From an uncultured virus (IMG/VR IMGVR_UViG_3300030108_000061) (taxonomy: Duplodnaviria; Heunggongvirae; Uroviricota; Caudoviricetes): a DNA stretch of 20,000 bases. The notes under the pieces are model-generated. The model was not told the origin of the DNA and ran no database searches. It saw only the letters and a list, made by a program, of their open reading frames with translations. The position numbers and the translations under genes were made by a program. Below are positions 14,201 through 20,000 of the stretch, one piece after another (position 1 is the stretch's first letter; the number at the start of each line of letters is the position of its first letter). The stretch lies in the IMG/VR virus record IMGVR_UViG_3300030108_000061; one strand, written 5' to 3'.

Positions 14201-17014
14201 TGAATCTAAACCAAAAACAGATTGTAAACCGTTTGTTGTACCTTCAACTTGCAAAGCTGCACTAGGGGAATTTGTTCCAATACCAACTCCGTTATTACCA
14301 CCATCAACAAACAGCATATTTTCATTGCCATTACTTTCAACACGGAAGTCTAGGTCAATAGAGTTTTCGTTAAGTACTGTTTCAGCAGGCATTAACTTTA
14401 TACGACTTCTTGAAGTGCCTGCAACCATTGTATCAATATGAAGTTGACCATCTTCAGAACCGTCAGAAACATCAGGGGTACTAATATGTATTTCTGCATA
14501 TGTAACATTCTCAGAATTATCATTACGAGAAGTATATTGAATTCTACCAGCTATGTCATTATCAGCAGGACTAGAGGAGTTACGATATAAATTTAAACTA
14601 GGACCAACACTTGCATCTGTATCTGTAGAAACAAGAGACAGTTGAGTGGTATTATCAGCAGTTGTAAAAGTTGCGGATGTGCCAGATATAGCTTGACTAA
14701 AAGTCACCTGCCCATCAGAAGCAATAGCTATAGAATCAGTATCACTAGCTGAACCAATAGTACCACCATCTTTAATTTGAAAGTTACCAACCACACTAGT
14801 AATAGAATTTGCACCATTACCAATAGTTACATCTATTTCATCCTCTGCACTGCCATCGGTTATTATAAGACCATTTTGCATCTCCCCATCATGGGAAGCA
14901 ACTTGAAGTCTTAGTTTACCACCTTCAGCACCGTCAGAAGCATCTGCAACTTCTGCACGAATTAATGCAAATTTAGTCTGTTCTTGGGCGTCATTATCAG
15001 CAAAAAACTCTATTGTGCCAATATCATCATCATCAGCGCCAGCAGCGCCTTTGTCTTTTACAAAACGAAGCCTCGCAGCATTAGCGTCATTAGTTGTGTC
15101 TTTGATAATTATTAAGGGGTCTTCAGCATTTGTTGATGTAAAGGTGGCAGTATCTCCTGTTACAGTAAGATCACCTACAATATTTGTAACATCTAGATTA
15201 GTCGTACCGTCTACGTCTATATCGCCAGAGATATCTAACTCTGTGCCAATTAGTTTTTGCGTTAATGTCACTACACCATCAGACGCAATAGCTATAGCGT
15301 CAGTGTCACTAGCTGAACCTATATTACCTGCATCAGGTATGACTATGTTACCACCCGTAGTCATAAGACCACCACCAGTATACGTGCCGCTTACGTCTAA
15401 GTTAGCGTTGACATCCACAAGCGTAGCGTTAAGTTCTATCTCATCTGTAGCGTTAATATCTAGCACAGTTGCGCTAGGAGCGTTTATAAATTGTGATGCA
15501 TCATTAAACTGCAAAGCCATAGTGCTGTTAAGTAACAGTCCTGTGTCAGCTACGTGTGTAAGAACAACATCGTTGTCAGCACCAAAGGATAATGTTGCAG
15601 CATCGTGTTGTAACTCTAAGTCTTGGGTAAGTGTAACATCACCGTCAGCACCTATAGCTATAGCATCAGTATCACTAGCTGAACCAATATTGCCAGCATC
15701 AGGTATAACTATGTTACCACCTGTAGTCATAAGACCAGCACCTGTATATGTTCCACTTACATCTAGGTTAGCGTTAACATCTACAAGTGTAGCATTAAGT
15801 TCTATTTCATCTGTTGCATCAATGTCAAGTGTAGTTGCATTAGGAGCACCTATCTTTTGACTTGCATCGTTGAATTGAATAACACTAGTGCTGTTAAGAA
15901 GTAATCCTGTGTCAGCTACGTGTGTAAGTGTGACATCATTATCTGCACCAAAGCCCAGCACAGCAGCATCACTGTCAAGTTTTAAATCATTGCTAACTGT
16001 GACTGCAGTAGAAGCGTTAATGTCAACTGTAGCCTCACCGTCTATGCGTAACACACCATCAGATGACTGCTGTACAAATGACGCAGCGTCACCAAAGGTC
16101 AGCTTGTTTGTACTATTTAATGTAAGACCTGTGCCATCTGTGTGTGTAAGTGTAGTATCGTTGTCTGCACCAAAGCCTAATACGGCAGAGTCACTGTCTA
16201 ATTTTAAGTCATTACTTACTAGAACTGCAGTAGATGCGTTTATGTCTACAGTAGGTGCAGTTATTTCTAACTCTGTATCTGCGTCAATGTCTAGCTGACC
16301 ATCAGTGCTAGAGTTAATAGTAAGAGCAGTATCGCGGAACTGGACTTTCTGTGCAGCGTTCATTAATATGTTTTGACTTGCATCCACGGTAAAAGATGTA
16401 GTGCCACCTGTAGCTACAGTAATTACATCAGAGCCACTAAACGTAATACTTGTGTTTGTATCTGCATCACCTGATATACTATCAAGCTGTATGTTACCTG
16501 CATTTGTAAAATTAGAATCACTAAGATCAAATGTACCTGTAACGTCTAAGTTACCACCAACCGAAAGATTACCAGAGATATCTACTGCACCGTTAATATC
16601 AATGGTTGTAGCTGCTATTTGTATTTCTGTATCTGCAACAAGATCAAGTTGTCCATCTGTGCTAGAATTAATATAGATAGCAGTATCACGAAATTGTAGC
16701 TTCTCTGTAGAGGCTATAAGTATATCATCAGAGAACTCAAAGTAGTCCTCGTCTTCCATCCACTTCAGTTCACCATCATTAGTCTCGCCATCAAAAGTTA
16801 TAGTAACATCTGTACCTGCTGTACCTGCACCAAGTGTAATACTGTTACCTAGTAATTTAGTTATAGGCCCACCCTCTGCAGAGGTGCCATCATGTGTGTG
16901 TCCTGTTGTTGCTGCAAATGCTGCTAATAACTGATCATATTCATTATTAAATAGATCGGCTGTAATAACATCACCGTCAGCAAACGAAGATTGTCTTGTA
17001 TATGTAGAACCCAT
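10886..17014 (-). CDS. Long tail fibre / receptor-binding protein with C-terminal intramolecular chaperone (2042 aa)
   Basis: N-terminal virion anchor (YTRQSSFADGDVITA...GHTHDG), repetitive beta-rich shaft, and a long N-x-A-(V/I)-G-x-x-A repeat region like trimeric adhesin heads. It ends with SDERYKENI...LRPVTFQWK...HGFIAQEV and a terminal coiled coil. It lies directly after the tail tube genes. Confidence 0.92.
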   Translation of the reverse strand: MGSTYTRQSSFADGDVITADLFNNEYDQLLAAFAATTGHTHDGTSAEGGPITKLLGNSITLGAGTAGTDVTITFDGETNDGELKWMEDEDYFEFSDDILIASTEKLQFRDTAIYINSSTDGQLDLVADTEIQIAATTIDINGAVDISGNLSVGGNLDVTGTFDLSDSNFTNAGNIQLDSISGDADTNTSITFSGSDVITVATGGTTSFTVDASQNILMNAAQKVQFRDTALTINSSTDGQLDIDADTELEITAPTVDINASTAVLVSNDLKLDSDSAVLGFGADNDTTLTHTDGTGLTLNSTNKLTFGDAASFVQQSSDGVLRIDGEATVDINASTAVTVSNDLKLDSDAAVLGFGADNDVTLTHVADTGLLLNSTSVIQFNDASQKIGAPNATTLDIDATDEIELNATLVDVNANLDVSGTYTGAGLMTTGGNIVIPDAGNIGSASDTDAIAIGADGDVTLTQDLELQHDAATLSFGADNDVVLTHVADTGLLLNSTMALQFNDASQFINAPSATVLDINATDEIELNATLVDVNANLDVSGTYTGGGLMTTGGNIVIPDAGNIGSASDTDAIAIASDGVVTLTQKLIGTELDISGDIDVDGTTNLDVTNIVGDLTVTGDTATFTSTNAEDPLIIIKDTTNDANAARLRFVKDKGAAGADDDDIGTIEFFADNDAQEQTKFALIRAEVADASDGAEGGKLRLQVASHDGEMQNGLIITDGSAEDEIDVTIGNGANSITSVVGNFQIKDGGTIGSASDTDSIAIASDGQVTFSQAISGTSATFTTADNTTQLSLVSTDTDASVGPSLNLYRNSSSPADNDIAGRIQYTSRNDNSENVTYAEIHISTPDVSDGSEDGQLHIDTMVAGTSRSRIKLMPAETVLNENSIDLDFRVESNGNENMLFVDGGNNGVGIGTNSPSAALQVEGTTNGLQSVFGLDSSGLKISTFQKTGNDAGVILDAQESSNGTLTFATAGTERLRIATDGSLSTNTSGTSNVRFGVNAGNSIASGGNYNVVVGDEAGTAITTGDFNTALGFEALAAATDRNSNTALGAQTLKTNVNGAKNTAVGSGALLTMNPATDTDTHNVAVGFDAGGDVTTGVRNTLIGSLAGTVLTTGIRNVAVGFQALTTDTKGQRSVAIGHNALSVQNFTTATDSFNVAVGHEAGAAVTTGTRNTIVGAIAGDAFTIGFNNIAIGYDAMGANTASGANVAVGYEAMQAYNDTNELSRFNTAVGTQAGKALTTGVENTLIGGLAGDALTDADSNVAVGNAALGSDTLGSRSTAIGAGALNEQNFTTATNSYNTAVGFAAGNRVSTGVQNTLIGANNGIDLLSGNYNVAVGYLALFEDQHGSESVAVGYGALQNQRFTTATDSFNTAVGYAAGLSNTTGTNNTFIGAEAGEANTTGANNTAVGALALESTTEGTNNTAVGQASLFENTLGSKSIAVGRGTLQNQNYATATDGHNVAVGHEAGNDITTGVQNTLVGGLSGDALTDADYNVAIGMGTLTSDTLGSRSVAVGAFALESQNFTTATDSHNVAVGNHAGLSVTTGTLNTLIGSLAGDALTAADSNTAIGYVALSADTRGERAIAIGEGALFSQNFTTETNNYNVAIGYNAGYSVSTGTQNTLIGGLTGDALTDADFNVAVGYQALTTDTLGSRTTAIGRFAGYNQNFDTATDTNNVYVGYYAGANVTTGLSNTLIGTEAGDALTDADFNVAIGKDALGQDTLGSKSVAIGTAALNAQNFTTATDSNNTAVGYFAGLSVTTGTLNTLVGANTGDAITTGFDNVAVGRSALTGEDTGRKNVAIGSSALEVQNSDVDNLNTAVGFEAGKAVSTGQNNVIIGGLAGAANADMSGETPLTTGNNNVLIGTKCQTGAADADAQIAMGFECTGASNTSVTFGKSTTDSNIDFGATSITAPSDERYKENIQTSTAGLLFVNDLRPVTFQWKKEKDVPVNSKSYKENSDTRVMNCGDKTMHGFIAQEVKTVIDNHSEIKDGFRMWTEQEGADKRQRLAPGELVPILVKAIQELSAKNDALEARIATLEG
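11415..14035 (-). repeat. Hierarchical coding repeat: ~17-aa turns grouped in 72-aa (216-nt) units
   Basis: Unit starts (QNFTTATDS-like) at 13795, 13579, 13363, 13147, 12931, 12664, 12448, 12232, 12016, 11800 and 11584. Spacing is 216 nt except one interval of 267 nt. Confidence 0.9.
15257..15952 (-). repeat. Tandem duplication in the fibre shaft, 366-nt (122-aa) period
   Basis: 15623-15952 and 15257-15586 both encode FGADNDV.LTHVADTGLLLNST...GNIGSASDTDAIAI..DG.VTLTQ. An identical 22-mer occurs at 15907 and 15541. Partial copies of sub-modules also lie further upstream (to about 16700) and near 14700-14770. Confidence 0.92.
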
Positions 17015-18754
17015 TTAACGTCTTCCTCCGAGTTGGTACTCTAATTGAAATCCTTTTAATGAATATGGAGCAGTTTCTCCACCATCATTTACTCTTAATA
17101 TTACAGAAAACCCTGACCCCTCCACGGATTGTCTAATCAGTGGTTGGATTGCACCACCAAATACAAATCTAGCACCTGTAGCACCACCACTAAATGTAGC
17201 CACACCAAACTGAGCAGCAACATCTGAAGAGTCTAAAGCATATGCAGCAGGTCTTGCTGAGTCAGCATTTTCATTATCATACCGCACTATAAGATCTGCA
17301 TCAATTGCAGATTCAGGTTTATAGTTTATAATAACACGTTGCATATGCTTTCGTATGCCAGTGTCACCAAAACTTAAATCAGGACTTCTGTATTTTCCTA
17401 ATATTGATGTGCCATCATACGTATTACCAACCTCTTGCCTATGCACAAATCCATCAAAATCACCGTGTAAAACTATCACATCTCCTGCCTCTACAAAAGT
17501 GTCTGTAGATGTAGGTTTTATTCCACGTATTTCTGAAAACTCATATTTATCTGCTTTTCTTACTGCTATTACGCCCCTAGTAATTTTTTGAGATTGACCA
17601 TCTTTTGTAAAAAATATTCTATATTGTGTTTTATCTTGTATAACAACACTTTCAAATAAAGCAGAATCTTTTATAGCTGCATCAAATAATGATTGAACGT
17701 TTCTACTAATAGTACCAAGTTCAACGTCACCAATTCTAGCAGTACCAGCAACAGTTCTTAAACCATCTGGACCAAGAAATATTAAATCACCAGCAAATTC
17801 TTGTATAGTATCTCCATTAATACAACCAATATTTCGTGTAACGGGCTGTATTGCAAAATCTGAAGTAGTATTTCCTGTTAATTTAAATATTCTATTTTCA
17901 CAAAAAATAAATAATGAATCACGAAAAGATTTTAATCCTGTTATAGTATCATCTACTTTAATACTTCCAGCACCACTGCCTGTATTAAAATTATCTTCAT
18001 CATTTGGCACACTAAAAACTAATTCTTGTGGAGAGCTTGATTTACCTGCATAAAACATGTGTGCTTTATAAGCTGCAACAAATTTAGAACCAGCCACAGA
18101 GGATTCACTAACGTCTGTTGCACTTAAAGAACTATTAAATACAGTTGGTGCATTTGCTTCATCTACTACTATTATTTTATCTGTGCCATCAAAATTAAAT
18201 CTTTCAACTCTATATTTAACTGCATTAGTTCTACCACTATCTATTTCTGTCCAATCTAAAGATACAACATCATCAATTACATGTGCTGCAGCAGAAGTGC
18301 TTGACGCAGCACGAGTTACTCCTGTAAAGGTACTAGCGGTAACACCTGTATATGTAAATTTTTCACTGTTTATTTGTAACGTGCCACTACTAGAAAATCC
18401 CGTTGTGCTATCTACTGATATAGTTCCTGATCCTGTCATACCTGTATCTGCAGCTATTACAGCCGAAAGTTCAGTAGATGCTGAATTATATATTTTTTCT
18501 CCTCTAGCTGCAAGCACTTTATTTTGAAAAGTAAGTACCATTAATATTTTTTCAGAGCTAGATGATGTTTGTGGAACAATTTGATTTACAAATTTTCTAA
18601 ACCCACTAATTCTTCTGTATCCACCCTCAATGTCAGGTTCAAAATTTTCTAACTCTAATGCTTCTCCTGGTTGCATTAAAAAGGCAGAACGATTAAGAAC
18701 TAAGCCACCCTCACAATTAAACGCAACAGGTTGTGCTTGAGATAAATCTGGCAT
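17015..18754 (-). CDS. Tail tubular protein B / nozzle-like (probable beta-propeller, 579 aa)
   Basis: Starts EGGLVLN...PGEALELENFEPDIEGGYRRISG. Blade-like motifs include ITGLKSFRDSLFIF and IGCINGDTIQEFAGDLIFLGPDGLR. It sits between adaptor and fibre, as in podoviruses. Confidence 0.8.
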   Translation of the reverse strand: MPDLSQAQPVAFNCEGGLVLNRSAFLMQPGEALELENFEPDIEGGYRRISGFRKFVNQIVPQTSSSSEKILMVLTFQNKVLAARGEKIYNSASTELSAVIAADTGMTGSGTISVDSTTGFSSSGTLQINSEKFTYTGVTASTFTGVTRAASSTSAAAHVIDDVVSLDWTEIDSGRTNAVKYRVERFNFDGTDKIIVVDEANAPTVFNSSLSATDVSESSVAGSKFVAAYKAHMFYAGKSSSPQELVFSVPNDEDNFNTGSGAGSIKVDDTITGLKSFRDSLFIFCENRIFKLTGNTTSDFAIQPVTRNIGCINGDTIQEFAGDLIFLGPDGLRTVAGTARIGDVELGTISRNVQSLFDAAIKDSALFESVVIQDKTQYRIFFTKDGQSQKITRGVIAVRKADKYEFSEIRGIKPTSTDTFVEAGDVIVLHGDFDGFVHRQEVGNTYDGTSILGKYRSPDLSFGDTGIRKHMQRVIINYKPESAIDADLIVRYDNENADSARPAAYALDSSDVAAQFGVATFSGGATGARFVFGGAIQPLIRQSVEGSGFSVILRVNDGGETAPYSLKGFQLEYQLGGRR

Positions 18755-19704
18755 TAGATAGAAACTCCAGATGCAAATGCGTTATATCCAGCAGACCTTT
18801 GAATATAAGTAGACCGAACATACTCATACTTATTGATAAGAAGACTTTGCATATTTTTTATACCTTGATCAAATCTTTGAAAGTTTAATTGATATTGACC
18901 TGTTTCTCCACGATACTGATATACAAATGCAGTAGCGCCATCTACAATAACAGGAGCAAACCTATCGGGTATACTTGTAGTATCTCCATGTGCAGATAGG
19001 TCACTAGGAAAAGTAAAGTAGTCAAATGTTAACACATATTGTTTATCTGGATAAGGATATAATAAATAATTATTGTCTGGGGTTCTTACAATAAAATCTG
19101 GAATACTGCCTTGATCAAATTGTGTAACTGTAGTTCCATTTGCTATTGTTGCTGCAGTTGTGTTATTTGCCCCTCTAGTACATCCAGTAAAGTCAATACC
19201 ATTACTTGATTTACCTGTATATGTTATTTGTTCTCCACCTACATGTATAGTTCCTGTAGAACTAAACCCTGTAGTAGATGCCACAGTTATAGTTTCTACA
19301 GATGCTGATAAACCTGATGATGCATTAATAGTTGTGGATTTAATATCGTCTTCTTGATTAGCAAACTCTTTTTGTATATATTCATTATAGTTTAAAGTTG
19401 TTAAATTATTACCAGTAACAGATAAGTCTGCATCTTTTTTTATTCTTGCAGTTGCATAATCTACAGATTTAGCATCTGTAGGCAGAGAGTATCTTACAAC
19501 TCCTGCCGTGAGTGTTTTTGTTTCTACAGCATGATTAAAAGAATAACCAAACTCTCTTTGATTAATATATCTTATTGCTTCATTAACTGCATTTTGACAC
19601 TGTACTTGAACGCCTCTAGCATTGCTAAAAGTAGTATCAGTTAGTTGTACCTCATTCATACGAACTATAACACGGTTAGTCAATGTAAGAAAAGTAAGTG
19701 CCAT
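18754..19704 (-). CDS. Tail tubular protein A / head-tail adaptor-like (316 aa)
   Basis: Starts MALTFLTLTNRVIVRMNE...NAVNEAIRYIN, with LTAGVVRYSLP and LYPYPDKQY motifs and a helical C-terminus typical of podovirus adaptors. AAGGGA lies upstream of the start. It is the first gene after the capsid-region terminator. Confidence 0.8.
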   Translation of the reverse strand: MALTFLTLTNRVIVRMNEVQLTDTTFSNARGVQVQCQNAVNEAIRYINQREFGYSFNHAVETKTLTAGVVRYSLPTDAKSVDYATARIKKDADLSVTGNNLTTLNYNEYIQKEFANQEDDIKSTTINASSGLSASVETITVASTTGFSSTGTIHVGGEQITYTGKSSNGIDFTGCTRGANNTTAATIANGTTVTQFDQGSIPDFIVRTPDNNYLLYPYPDKQYVLTFDYFTFPSDLSAHGDTTSIPDRFAPVIVDGATAFVYQYRGETGQYQLNFQRFDQGIKNMQSLLINKYEYVRSTYIQRSAGYNAFASGVSI

Positions 19705-19725
19705 CTTAATCCCTTATGGTGAGCT

Positions 19726-19751
19726 AAAGGGGCCAACCTAAGTCAGCCCCT
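19726..19751 (-). terminator. Hairpin terminator after the capsid-region gene, probably leaky
   Basis: Minus-strand RNA reads AGGGGCUGAC-UUAG-GUUGGCCCCU-UU. The 10-bp stem has two G:U pairs that form only on this strand. It starts 4 nt after a double stop (TAATAA). Confidence 0.8.
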
Positions 19752-19758
19752 AAAGTTA

Positions 19759-20000
19759 TTATGCGAGTAGATCACGATCCACTTCATTAGCAGAGCTAGA
19801 CTGTGTTACATCATCCAAGAGTACACATACTGCGTACACACGAATAATACCGCCAGTAATAGTTCCACCAGAAGTTTCAATTTCTACATCAATAGTATCT
19901 GCTGATGCAGTATATACTGGTAGTTGAGTACATACGCCACCAGATGTAATTGGAGGAGTGTGTGCTCCTACTGATGCACCATCTAGATCAAACGATGCAA
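19759..20000 (-). CDS. 3' part of a structural protein (possible capsid decoration / minor head protein), partial, not in the ORF track
   Basis: Manual translation: ...ASFDLDGASVGAHTPPITSGGVCTQLPVYTASADTIDVEIETSGGTITGGIIRVYAVCVLLDDVTQSSSANEVDRDLLA*. Beta-rich, open to the window edge, followed by a second TAA and the hairpin. Confidence 0.75.
   Translation of the reverse strand, partial: ASFDLDGASVGAHTPPITSGGVCTQLPVYTASADTIDVEIETSGGTITGGIIRVYAVCVLLDDVTQSSSANEVDRDLLA

Noticed and set aside
18260..19338. Intein or intron as the explanation of the shared insert
   Set aside because: Too short, no C-terminal His-Asn followed by Cys/Ser/Thr, no endonuclease motifs, and both frames are uninterrupted.
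840..19357. The many plus-strand ORFs in the track (e.g. 15015-15860, 15888-16298, 9265-9747, 8095-8496)
   Set aside because: All lie antisense to long, coupled minus-strand genes, many start at non-ATG codons, and their Ser/Pro/Val-rich or Cys/Ile-rich sequences mirror the sense-strand codon bias.
19759..20000. Calling the partial ORF the major capsid protein
   Set aside because: The visible 79 aa show no HK97-fold signature I can recognise. A small accessory head protein fits better, but the upstream sequence is needed.

Overview
This window is the virion morphogenesis arm of a tailed dsDNA bacteriophage, most likely a marine podovirus. From memory of the families (no search run), the gene order and motifs resemble HMO-2011-type/uvMED-like phages of marine Alphaproteobacteria. 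Almost everything is one tightly coupled minus-strand operon, read from 20000 downward: the end of a small capsid-region protein, a hairpin terminator, tail adaptor (tubular A-like), tail nozzle (tubular B-like), a 2042-aa repeat-rich tail fibre with a C-terminal intramolecular chaperone (peptidase S74), a 2OG-Fe(II)-type oxygenase, a 90-aa protein, two small membrane proteins, and five Cys-free putative internal/ejection proteins (1251, 66, 181, 390 and 1175 aa). The arm ends at an intrinsic terminator whose loop holds the stop codon of the last gene and that of a probable convergent plus-strand gene. I found no RNA gene, CRISPR array, mobile element or reverse transcriptase. The most interesting signals are: a shared ~73-aa module inserted in both tail adaptor and nozzle; a hierarchical 17/72-aa repeat lattice in the fibre; a fibre + oxygenase + small protein cassette; and short motifs recurring within and between the putative ejection proteins. 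I cannot confirm a new biological system from sequence alone; these are leads.
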